NCBI GenBank assembly: GCA_051252135.1
Contig: JBPOGH010000022.1
Span: 1 to 57,939 of the forward strand
Length of the DNA: 57,939 bases
Source: Verrucomicrobiaceae bacterium
GTDB lineage: Bacteria; Verrucomicrobiota; Verrucomicrobiia; Verrucomicrobiales; Akkermansiaceae
Direction: 5' to 3'
The position numbers and the translations under genes were made by a program. Shown here piece by piece: positions 1 through 8,564 of the stretch. Each line of letters opens with the position of its first letter. Positions within the stretch are counted from its first letter, which is position 1. The notes below the pieces were generated by a model that made no database searches, was not told where the DNA came from, and saw nothing but the letters and a program-made list of their open reading frames with translations.

Positions 1-168
1 TGAACTGTGAACTGTGAACTGTGAACTGTGAACTGTGAACTGTGAACTGTGAACTGTGAACTGTGAACTGTGAACTGTGAACTGGGAACTGGGAACTGGG
101 AACTGGGAACTGGGAACTGGGAACTGGGAACTGGGAACTGGGAACTGGGAACTGGGAACTGGGAACTG
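1..168. repeat. Heptamer tandem repeat: (TGAACTG)x12 followed by (GGAACTG)x12; may extend beyond the window start
   Basis: Read directly: TGAACTG units at 1-84, GGAACTG units at 85-168. Confidence 0.97.
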
Positions 169-177
169 AAAGCCTGA

Positions 178-575
178 GGGACGGGGTTGGGGTTGCGGAC
201 TGCGGGCGGGTGGTTTGGTGGGGCGGAGTGCCGGGCTGGTCCGGTTTTCTTGCGAGGCGGATGGTTTGGGCGGCGCTGCGCTTTGCCCTTCGTTATGTTA
301 TTTAGCCCCGTTGGGGCGGGGGAGACGGGGGTTGGTATTTTCCTGCGAGGTGGAAAACCAGGGCGGGGTTGGAGTTGCGGACTGCGGGCGGGTGGTTTGG
401 TGGGGCGGAGTGCCGGGCTGGTCCGGTTTTCTTGCGAGGGGGGTACCAGGGCGGCGCTTCGCTCTGCCCTTCGCTAAGTTATTTAGCCCCGTTGGGGCGG
501 GGGAGACGGGGGTTGGTATTTTCCTGCGGGGCGGAAAACCCGGGCGGGGTTGGGGTTGCGGACTGTGGGCGGGGG
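178..575. repeat. About 181-bp tandem repeat (2 copies plus a partial third) containing REP-like GC-rich hairpins
   Basis: Near-identical blocks start at about 180, 361 and 542; each full copy contains GGGCGGCGCT(G/T)CGCT(T/C)TGCCC and GCCCCGTTGGGGC hairpins. Confidence 0.9.
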
Positions 576-588
576 AGGCGGTCCTTTA

Positions 589-1033
589 GGGAGGTTTTTG
601 CGATTCTCGCGACCTTTCAGGGCGCTGGATGCTCCGTGTGGCCAGACCCATGGCTGAAGCCATGGGCTTTGTTCTTTAGAGCCTTCAGCTCTTTAACTTC
701 CGAAGGGCGGGGATTGGGTTGCGGGCTGCGGGCGGGGGAGGCGGTCCTTTAGGGAGGTTTCTGTGATTCTCGCGACCTTTCAGGGCGCTGGATGCTCCGC
801 GTGGCCAGACCCATGGCTGAAGCCATGGGCTTTGTTCTTTAGAGCCTTCAGCTCTTTAACTCCCGACGGTTGACCTTGAGTTGTCGGGGATGCCGTTGGG
901 GCGGGAGACGGCCTCTTGGGGAGGTTTTTGCGATTCTGGCGACCTTTCAGGGCGCTGGATGCTCCGCGCGGCCAGACCCATGGCTGAAGCCATGGGCTTT
1001 GTTCTCTAGAGCCTTCAGCTCTTTAACTTCCGA
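589..1033. repeat. Three tandem copies (period 163-167 bp) of a REP-like unit with the hairpin CCCATGGCTGAAGCCATGGG
   Basis: Units start at 589, 752 and 919; the hairpin is at 647-666, 810-829 and 977-996; each unit also has GAGCCTTCAGCTC. Confidence 0.92.
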
Positions 1034-1075
1034 CGGTCGCCCTTGAGTTGACGGGGATTGCGTTGGGGCGGGGGA

Positions 1076-2338
1076 TCAGGGGAAGAGGCCGCGGGTTTGT
1101 TTGACTTTGGCGACGGTCTCGATGCCGGTGGCGAGGGCGCCGAGGCGCATGCCGCATTTGCGATTTTCGCAGAAGAGGAGGAGGTTTTCGAAGGATTCGT
1201 TGAGTTTGGTTTCGAGTTTGCTGATGACCTCGTTGCGGGTCCAGCTGAAGCGTTGGAGGTTCTGGACCCACTCGAAGTAGGAGACGGTGACGCCGCCGGC
1301 GTTGCAGAGGACGTCGGGGATGAGGAAGATGTCACCGCGTTGTTCGATGATGGTGTCGGCCTCCGGGGTGGTGGGTCCGTTGGCGGCTTCGGCGAGGATG
1401 CGGCATTTGAGTTGGGCGGCATTGTCTCCGGTGATGACGCGCTCGAGGGCGGCGGGGACGAGGACGTCGCAGGGCTGGAGGAGGAGTTCGTGGGGGTCGA
1501 TCATTTCGGCGCCGGGGAATCCGGCGACGCCTCCGTTGTGGGCGACGTGGTGGTGGAGGGCTTCGGCGTCGATGCCATCCTTATTCCAGATGGCTCCGGA
1601 GATGTCGCTGACGCCGCAGATTTTAACGCCGTAGCTGTTGAGGGTGCTGACGGCGTGGGAGCCGACGTTTCCGAAGCCCTGGACGACGGCGGTGGCTCCT
1701 TGAATGGGGATGTTGAGCTTGGCGAGGGCTCGGGTGATGAGGAAGGCGACGCCGTGGCCGGTGGCTTCGGTGCGGCCTTCGGAGCCCTGGAGTTCGACGG
1801 GCTTTCCGGTGATGACCTCGGGGACGAAGCGTCCTTCGCGGGTGGAGTAGGTGTCGAGGATCCAGGCCATGTGCTGTGAGTTGGTGCCGACATCGGGCGC
1901 CATGACGTCGACTTCAGGGCCGATGAAGGGTGAGATTTCCTGGGCGAAGCGTCGGGTGAGGCGTTCTTGTTCACCCATGGACATGGAGCGGGGGTCGCAG
2001 GCGATGCCGCCTTTTCCGCCGCCGTAGGGAAGTCCCATGAGGGCGCACTTCCAGTTCATCCACATGGCGAGGGCGGCGACCTCGCCGATATTGACCTTGG
2101 GGTGGTAGCGGAGGCCGCCTTTGACGGGGCCGCGGGAGAGGTGGTGTTGGACGCGGTGTCCGAAGAAGACCTCGGTGCGGCCGTCATCCATGGTGACGGG
2201 GAGGGAGACGGTGATGAGGCGTTTGGGCCATTTGCAGCGCTCGCGGACGCGGGGGTCGAGTTCGAGGAAGTCGGCGACGCGGTCGAACTGATTGGCGGCC
2301 ATGCCGAAGACGGGATCGCGGAGGAGCTCTTCTTTCAT
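1076..2338 (-). CDS. gdhA: Glu/Leu/Phe/Val dehydrogenase (glutamate dehydrogenase)
   Basis: 420 aa; GPVKGGLRYHP, GGGKGG, APDVGT, QGFGNVG, EAANGP and NAGGVTVSYFEWVQN motifs. Confidence 0.95.
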   Translation of the reverse strand: MKEELLRDPVFGMAANQFDRVADFLELDPRVRERCKWPKRLITVSLPVTMDDGRTEVFFGHRVQHHLSRGPVKGGLRYHPKVNIGEVAALAMWMNWKCALMGLPYGGGKGGIACDPRSMSMGEQERLTRRFAQEISPFIGPEVDVMAPDVGTNSQHMAWILDTYSTREGRFVPEVITGKPVELQGSEGRTEATGHGVAFLITRALAKLNIPIQGATAVVQGFGNVGSHAVSTLNSYGVKICGVSDISGAIWNKDGIDAEALHHHVAHNGGVAGFPGAEMIDPHELLLQPCDVLVPAALERVITGDNAAQLKCRILAEAANGPTTPEADTIIEQRGDIFLIPDVLCNAGGVTVSYFEWVQNLQRFSWTRNEVISKLETKLNESFENLLLFCENRKCGMRLGALATGIETVAKVKQTRGLFP

Positions 2339-2444
2339 TGGCTATGAAGTTAGCCGCTGGATGGGGGGGCGCAAACTGGAAATGTGGGTGAGAACTCGGT
2401 TGGGGGAATGATCCGCAGATTAAGAAGATTTCCGCAGATTTTCT

Positions 2445-2665
2445 TTAGCTTGGTTTGGGGGGCGGAATGGATGATTTGAGGATTGGACGAATGGATGATT
2501 GGCTTGGTTGGGGGGCTTGGTTGGGGGGCTTGGTTGGGGGGCTTGGTTGGGGGGCTTGGTTGGGGGGGCTTGGTTGAGGGGGCTTGGTTGAGGGGGCTTG
2601 GTTGAGGGGGCTTGGTTGAGGGGGCGGCGGGGGCGCCGCGACTCCTTTGGGGCTTGGTTGATGGG
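2445..2665. repeat. G-rich tandem repeat of GGCTTGGTTG(A/G)GGG(G) units (13-15 nt)
   Basis: About 9 consecutive units at 2500-2625, followed by GCGGCGGGGGCGCCGCGACTCCTTTGGGG (2624-2652), which recurs at 8442-8470. Confidence 0.9.
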
Positions 2666-2705
2666 GGCAGGATGCACCCAAGGGCATTGTACCCCCGCTC
2701 CTTTG

Positions 2706-3413
2706 TTAGATGTATTCCTGGTAGGTGGGTTTGATGATGAGTTCGGGGACGACGACGGTGGGGGGGAGTTGGGCGATGGCGACGATGAGGGAGGCGATGT
2801 CTGCGGGGTGGATCATGCGGGCCTTTTGTTCGTCGGGGACGGGGACGGGGCGGTCGTTGAGGATGGGGGTGTTGATTTCGCCGGGGCAGATGGAGGTGAT
2901 GCGGATGCCGTTTTGGGCTTCTTCGGCACCGGCACCGGAGGCGAGTCCGGAGACGCCGAACTTGGAGGCGGCGTAGGCGGCGCCGGCGAGGGGGTAGGCG
3001 CGCTTGCCGGCGATGGAGGAGATGTTGAAGATGAGGCCGTCTTTTTTCTCACGCATGGCGGGGAGGGCTGCGTGCATGACGTTGAAGAAGCCGGTGCAGT
3101 TGATGGCCATGACTTTATCGAAGTCCTCGGGGCTGAGCTTGTGCATCTGTCGGTTGACGATGTTGATGCCGGCGGCGTTGACGAGGATTTCGGGGGCGTC
3201 GATTTGGGCGAAGAGGCGGGCGACGTCATCGCGGTTGGAGATGTCGCAGGCGATGGCGTTGAGGGTGTCTCCGGTGGCTTCGCGAAGTTTGGCTTCGTTG
3301 CGGCCGGCGATGGTGACGTGGCATCCGGCGGCGGCGAGTGCTTGGGCGGTGCCGAGTCCGACGCCGCTTCCGCCGCCGGTGACGAGGACGTTTTTTCCTT
3401 TAAGTGAGTTCAT
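2706..3413 (-). CDS. Short-chain dehydrogenase/reductase (SDR)
   Basis: TGGGSGVG cofactor motif, NAAG, catalytic YAASK. Confidence 0.93.
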   Translation of the reverse strand: MNSLKGKNVLVTGGGSGVGLGTAQALAAAGCHVTIAGRNEAKLREATGDTLNAIACDISNRDDVARLFAQIDAPEILVNAAGINIVNRQMHKLSPEDFDKVMAINCTGFFNVMHAALPAMREKKDGLIFNISSIAGKRAYPLAGAAYAASKFGVSGLASGAGAEEAQNGIRITSICPGEINTPILNDRPVPVPDEQKARMIHPADIASLIVAIAQLPPTVVVPELIIKPTYQEYI

Positions 3414-3633
3414 GTTGGGTTGGGTTGTTTGGGTTGAGATGCGCGTTGTGCTGTGCTGGTCATATCAGCATGCGAATGGGACGGGTAGGAAGGAATGATG
3501 AGGCGGCGGGGGAGGTTGTGCATCGGGGGGTGAACGGCGAATTTCTATTTATTTAATTGGGGATGTTCGCGGTTGGTCCTGAGTTTCAGAACGATCAAGT
3601 CAGGGAAATAAGGTCACGACAAGGTTTGCAGAA

Positions 3634-3723
3634 TTGGCGATTAGCATTTTGCTTTTAACTATTAGCCCGGTCGACCGGAGGCTACTGCGAGAATGCTCCA
3701 AGCTAAGGGCTAAGCGCTAATCA
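3634..3723. repeat. Palindromic element with heptamer-periodic arms (copy 1; inverted copy at 53347-53435)
   Basis: TTAGC-type 7-mers, a 26-nt core, then GCTAA-type 7-mers; the reverse complement aligns without gaps to the copy near 53350. Confidence 0.75.
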
Positions 3724-4021
3724 TTAGCGACCTTAGGAAATCTTCACCCTCAGGGTGATTTTGCGTGATAGCCTGATGAACTGTATTGGGGTAATAGAGA
3801 GCGTCATGTCCCGGCACTATTCTCTGAAGCCCCGCAAGTTTTAAATCGAACTCCGCAGCTCTCAATCCAGCTCTGTCCATGGGGGATAACTCGCCCCCGT
3901 CAGCTTATCAGCCAGAACTTTCTCATCCAGCAACATCGTCGCTAACGATCAGGGTTACGAAACACCAGGAGATATCCCCGCTCGACCGATTGGTTGAGGT
4001 GGTATAGTTCCCTCGGCAGAG

Positions 4022-5215
4022 ATGAAGGAAGACGACGCTCAGCCTGCTACTGCGGATCTTGAGATCAAGGATGCCCAGTTGATTTTCAACCGGGTTTGGA
4101 AGGGACTCGAAGAAGACCTTGGTCGGGAGCGTCTGTGTTTTCCGAAGGAGTTGATTTTGCTTGGAGGAGCCCCGGGATCGGGAAAGGGAACGAATACGGC
4201 TTATATTCAGAAAGTTCGCGGAATTGCGTCGAAGCCGATCGTGATCAGCCAGCTTCTCGATAGCCCTGAGGCGCGGAAGATCAAGGCCAATGGCGGAATG
4301 GTGGGTGACGAGGAGGTTCTGCGGCTGTTGTTGGACGAGCTTTTGGATCCAAGTTATCATGATAGTGCGTTGCTGGACGGGTTTCCCCGGACGACGGTGC
4401 AGGTGGAGTGTCTTAAGATGTTCTACGATGAGATGGTGCTTCTGCGGCGGGAGTTTTCGCATACTCCTCAGGCGCATCATTTTAAGCAGCCGACTTTTCA
4501 CATCATGGTTCTTTTTGTTGATGAGGCGGAGAGTGTGGCGCGTCAGCTGAAGCGGGGAGAGGAATCGAAAGAGCACAATGCCGAAGTGCGGCAGTCGGGG
4601 GTGGGGGAATTGTTTGAAGAGCGGCCCACGGATTTTGATGCGAAGTTAGCGCGGGAGCGATACCGGATGTTTAAGGAGCAGACTTTTGGTGCGCTCGTTT
4701 CGCTGAAGCAAATTTTCCACTACCACTTTATCAATGCCCAGGCGCCCATCGAGGTGGTGCAGGAAAATATCATTCGAGAGTTGGAGTATCAGAGCTCTTT
4801 GGAGTTGGACCCGCGGACGTACGATACGCTGCGGCATGTGCCCTTGGCGGATGAAGTGGTGCTGTATGCCCGTCAGGAATTGGTGAACCGTCTGGATGAA
4901 TATCAAGTGGAGCACCCCGGGCAGTTCGCGGAGGTGGTGGAGTTCATCCAGAGTAAGATGATGCCGACGATCAAACGCTATGCGGTGGGCGGTCGGGCGA
5001 GGATTAGCACGGAGGATCGTCTCTTTGGTGATCCGGCGGCATTGGCGATGTTGATCGACGTTTTTTCCGAGCGTGGCTTCCGGGCGATGGTGGATGTGCA
5101 GCGTGAGAAAACACCTGAGCGGGTGGATCTCGCGACCGGAGAAATCATCTGCAGCCAGAAACCGGTCTATCGAATCAGCGTGTTCTTCGAGGGATCAAAG
5201 ATCAGGCGTGGATAG
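4022..5215 (+). CDS. Adenylate/nucleoside monophosphate kinase family protein with a long C-terminal extension
   Basis: LLGGAPGSGKGT P-loop and LLDGFPRT motif; 397 aa, roughly twice a typical Adk. Confidence 0.85.
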   Translation: MKEDDAQPATADLEIKDAQLIFNRVWKGLEEDLGRERLCFPKELILLGGAPGSGKGTNTAYIQKVRGIASKPIVISQLLDSPEARKIKANGGMVGDEEVLRLLLDELLDPSYHDSALLDGFPRTTVQVECLKMFYDEMVLLRREFSHTPQAHHFKQPTFHIMVLFVDEAESVARQLKRGEESKEHNAEVRQSGVGELFEERPTDFDAKLARERYRMFKEQTFGALVSLKQIFHYHFINAQAPIEVVQENIIRELEYQSSLELDPRTYDTLRHVPLADEVVLYARQELVNRLDEYQVEHPGQFAEVVEFIQSKMMPTIKRYAVGGRARISTEDRLFGDPAALAMLIDVFSERGFRAMVDVQREKTPERVDLATGEIICSQKPVYRISVFFEGSKIRRG

Positions 5216-5310
5216 AGATGCGGGCGATCACGCGATTGCCCTGGCTGAGGATTGCGGCAAAAGAGGTAAACACCGCGTGTTAGCGGGATGATTTTTCTTC
5301 GATGGGGTTT

Positions 5311-6282
5311 CTAATCGAAGATGGGGTAGAAGGTGTTGAAGGCGAGTTGGCCGAAGACGCCGGGGTCGTTGAAGCGGCGGTGTTGGTCGAGGCCGGAGAT
5401 GGTGGCGAGTTGGTCGGTGGTGAGGACGAAGTCGAGGTGGAGGTTTTCGCGGAGGCGGTCGGGCGATTGGGTTTTGGGGATGGGGACGGTTCCGCGTTGC
5501 ATGGCCCAGCGGATGAGGACTTGGGCGGGGGTGCGGGCGTGGGCGGCGGCGATCTTTTCGATGACGGGGTGATCGAGGAGACGGTCGGTTTTTTCGGCCA
5601 TGCCGAGGGAGAGGTAGGAGTCGGCGCCGAAGGGGGAGAAGGCGGTGACGGCGATGTCCTCCGATTGGGCGTAGCGGACGAGGGCGTCCTGGCAGAGGTA
5701 GGGGTGGAGTTCGACCTGGAGGGCGGCGGGCTTGATGCGGGCGTAGCTGAGGAGGTCGCGGAGGCTTTGGGTGGTGAGATTGCAAACGCCGATGCGTTTG
5801 ACGAGGCCGTCATCGACGAGTTGTTCCATGGCGCGCCAGGTATCGGCGTAGGGCACGCTGATGGGTTTCATGGCGGCGTTTTCCTCGGAGGGGTCGACCC
5901 AACCGGGTGGGTAGCGTTCTTCGAAGGGGACGAATTGGAGGGAGATGGGGAAGTGGATGAGGTAGAGGTCGAGTTGGTCGACGCCGAGGTCCTTGAGGGA
6001 GCGCTCGCAGGCGGCGCGGACGTGTTGTGGCTCGTGGTAGGTGTTCCAGAGTTTGGAGGTGATCCAGAGGTCGTCGCGTTCGCAAAGGCCGGCATCGAGG
6101 GCGGACTTGATGCCTTTTCCGACGAGGTGCTCATTGCCGTAGTCGCTGGCGCAGTCGAGGTGTCTCCAGCCGGTCTCGACGGCTTCGTGGATGACGGAGG
6201 GGACGCGGTCTTCGTCGATTTTCCAGGTGCCGAGGCCGGGCGAGGGGAAGGCGGAGCCATCGGGGAGAAGGTGTGCGGACAT
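5311..6282 (-). CDS. Aldo/keto reductase (xylose reductase-like)
   Basis: GLGTW, DCASDYGNE, TSKLWN, LDLYLIHFP, IGVCN, QVELHPY and IPKT motifs. Confidence 0.95.
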   Translation of the reverse strand: MSAHLLPDGSAFPSPGLGTWKIDEDRVPSVIHEAVETGWRHLDCASDYGNEHLVGKGIKSALDAGLCERDDLWITSKLWNTYHEPQHVRAACERSLKDLGVDQLDLYLIHFPISLQFVPFEERYPPGWVDPSEENAAMKPISVPYADTWRAMEQLVDDGLVKRIGVCNLTTQSLRDLLSYARIKPAALQVELHPYLCQDALVRYAQSEDIAVTAFSPFGADSYLSLGMAEKTDRLLDHPVIEKIAAAHARTPAQVLIRWAMQRGTVPIPKTQSPDRLRENLHLDFVLTTDQLATISGLDQHRRFNDPGVFGQLAFNTFYPIFD

Positions 6283-6427
6283 GAGGGGAGATTAAAGGAT
6301 GAAGGCCCAAGGATGAAGGCTTAAGGTTGTGCCAGTGCAGGGGAACCTGAGCTCCGGGAGTTCGGCTAAAGCCTACACTACAAACTGGGGGCCGATTGCG
6401 GAGTCGAGACTTGAGGGCACAAAAAAT

Positions 6428-6517
6428 GCCAGGAAACCACGGCAATACGGGACAAGTTGGGGCTGCTTCGTTTCCGACCTGACCCGGTCCACCAGCCAGC
6501 ACTCCGCGGTTCCTGAC
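6428..6517 (-). ncRNA. ffs: Signal recognition particle RNA (4.5S, small bacterial SRP)
   Basis: Minus strand carries GGGTCAGGTCGGAAACGAAGCAGCC (conserved SRP helix 8 with GNRA loop); the ends GTCAGGAACCGCGG and CCGTGGTTTCCTGGC pair; a T-run follows; TTGCCC-17 nt-TACCTC lies just upstream. Confidence 0.93.
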
Positions 6518-6700
6518 GAGGGAGGAGGTAAGGGAGCGGGGGAGGAAGGGCAATGGTAAAATGATGCGGATTGCGGGAGGCGGGTGTTGAATCGGGCCGT
6601 GACCGGAGAGCGGAGGAGGCGGGGGCGAAATAAACGATCCTATTTTCCAATAAAAGTGCGAGAGTAGGTGTCTCAATAAAGAACCTATTGATTCCAGATT

Positions 6701-8125
6701 ATGAAAACGACTTTTTCCCTCTCCCTGCTGTTGGTTGCTCCGTTGATGGCGCAATCGGGTCTTACAATTTACAATCAGGGAATTGCGGTGGTGCGGGAGG
6801 TGGTGCCATTGGATCTTCAGGCGGGGGTGACGGGGGTGACCTTTGACCAGGCGACGGCGCAGGTGCGTCCGGATTCGGTGGTGTTGCGTGATCCGGCGGG
6901 GAAGATTGATTTTTCGATCTTGGAGCAGGGGTATCGGAACGATCCGGTGTCACAGGATCTTTTATTGAGTCATTTTGAGGGGAAGACGATTGGGTTTCAG
7001 GTGACGAACAGCGAAGGGGTGAGCTCGGTGCTGGAGGGTGAAATTGTGCGGTCGGGTTATGTGCCGGGGGGGCGGCGGCAGTCGCCGATTATCAAGGTGG
7101 ACGGGATGCTGCAGTTTGAGCTTCCGGGGATGCCTTTGTTTCCGGCACTGGGGGATGATTCGATTTTGAAGCCGAGTTTGAGTTGGCAGATTGATTCGGC
7201 GGCGGCGGCGAAGGTGGAGGCGCAGCTTTCGTATATCAGCGGCGGGTTTAGCTGGGAGGCGACTTACAATGTGGTGGCTCCGGAGAAGGGGGAGACGGTG
7301 GCGTTGAACGGTTGGGTGACGTTGAGCAATACGAGCGGGACGAAGTTTACGGATGCGACGGTGAAGTTGGTGGCGGGGGAAGTGAATGTGCAGCGGCCGG
7401 AGCCAGCGATGTCTGCCGATGCTTTTTCGAATGGCAGATTGAGTGCGAGAATGTCGAAGGCGGAGGTGACGGAGAAGAGCTTTGATGACTTCCATCTTTA
7501 CGGGCTTCCGAGGCCGCTGACCCTACGGGATCAGGAGACGAAGCAGGTGGAGTTTTTGAATTCGGGGAAGGTGCAGGCGAAGAAGAAGTATGTGTATGCG
7601 CCGTTTCGTCAGCGGTTTTACGGAGGGTGGAATCATAATCCGATGCAGCAGGAGTATGCGAAAGATGTGCTGACGTTTTGGGAGTTTAAGAACTCGAAGG
7701 AGAATGGTCTGGGAGTGCCGTTTCCAGCCGGGACGGTGCGGTTTTACCGGAGTGACGAGGCGGATGGGAATCTGGAATTTGTGGGCGAGAATCGGATCGA
7801 TCACACGCCGAAGAATGAGGTGATCTCGGTGCAGACGGGGACGGCATTTGACCTGCTGGGAGAGCGGAAGAATACGAATTTTGAGAAGCAGACGAGTGGG
7901 TTGGATTGGGTGCGGGAGAGCTTTGAGATCACGCTGACGAACCGGTCCGAGGAAGAGAAGGTGATTGTGGTGCGTGAGCCGATGTGGCGGTGGTCAAACT
8001 GGAAGATCGAGAAGAACTCGATGGAGTTTGAGAAGGTCGATGCGCAGACGATTGAGTTTGAGGTGGAGGTGCCGGCGGATGGGAAGACGGTGGTGAGTTA
8101 TACGGTTCATTATTTTGAGAAGTGA
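6701..8125 (+). CDS. Secreted DUF4139-domain protein
   Basis: Signal peptide, LTIYNQGIAVVRE, LSYISGGFSWEATY, and FVGENRIDHTPKNE typical of DUF4140/DUF4139 proteins. Confidence 0.85.
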   Translation: MKTTFSLSLLLVAPLMAQSGLTIYNQGIAVVREVVPLDLQAGVTGVTFDQATAQVRPDSVVLRDPAGKIDFSILEQGYRNDPVSQDLLLSHFEGKTIGFQVTNSEGVSSVLEGEIVRSGYVPGGRRQSPIIKVDGMLQFELPGMPLFPALGDDSILKPSLSWQIDSAAAAKVEAQLSYISGGFSWEATYNVVAPEKGETVALNGWVTLSNTSGTKFTDATVKLVAGEVNVQRPEPAMSADAFSNGRLSARMSKAEVTEKSFDDFHLYGLPRPLTLRDQETKQVEFLNSGKVQAKKKYVYAPFRQRFYGGWNHNPMQQEYAKDVLTFWEFKNSKENGLGVPFPAGTVRFYRSDEADGNLEFVGENRIDHTPKNEVISVQTGTAFDLLGERKNTNFEKQTSGLDWVRESFEITLTNRSEEEKVIVVREPMWRWSNWKIEKNSMEFEKVDAQTIEFEVEVPADGKTVVSYTVHYFEK

Positions 8126-8231
8126 TTTGCGGAGAGTGGGGAGCGGGGAGGTGGCGAGGGGCGGGCTTTTGGGGCTTTTGGCGGTTGGCTTTTAGCTTTG
8201 TTTGCGAGCCTGCGGCTCGCGTGGTTTTTAT

Positions 8232-8470
8232 TGGGCTTGGTTGGGGGGAGGAGAGTAACCGCAGATGGACAGGATGGAAGGGATGGCTTGGTAGGGGGGC
8301 TTGGTTGAGGGGTTTTTTACCACAGAAAGAGCAGAATAAGCAGAAGCTTGGGTTGGGGGGCTTGGTTGGGGGGTATCACCACAGAAAGCGCAGAAGATCA
8401 GAAGCTAGGTTGGGGGCTTGGTTGGGGGGCTTGGTTGAGAAGCGGCGGGGGCGCCGCGACTCCTTTGGGG
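8232..8470. repeat. Intergenic repeat mosaic: GGCTTGGTTGGGGG units interleaved with ACCACAGAAAG..CAGAA units
   Basis: Same G-rich unit and same 29-nt flank as 2445-2665. Confidence 0.8.
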
Positions 8471-8564
8471 GGAGGTTGCGACGGTTGTAGAACAGGCCTG
8501 TAAAAGGGGGTGGGTGGTGATATTTGGGGTGGCAAAGGTGGCGTGGGTGCTGCTGACTGGGGGC

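Noticed and set aside
187..752. Overlapping + strand ORFs of 96-127 aa
   Set aside because: They are translations of the 181-bp and 163-bp tandem repeats; no protein family signal.
1..1033. Possible CRISPR array
   Set aside because: Units are 7 bp or 160-180 bp and repeat in full without unique spacers; no cas genes in the window.
3500..3630. Possible tmRNA, tRNA or riboswitch in the SDR-adk intergenic region
   Set aside because: No cloverleaf, tag reading frame or recognisable riboswitch consensus found.
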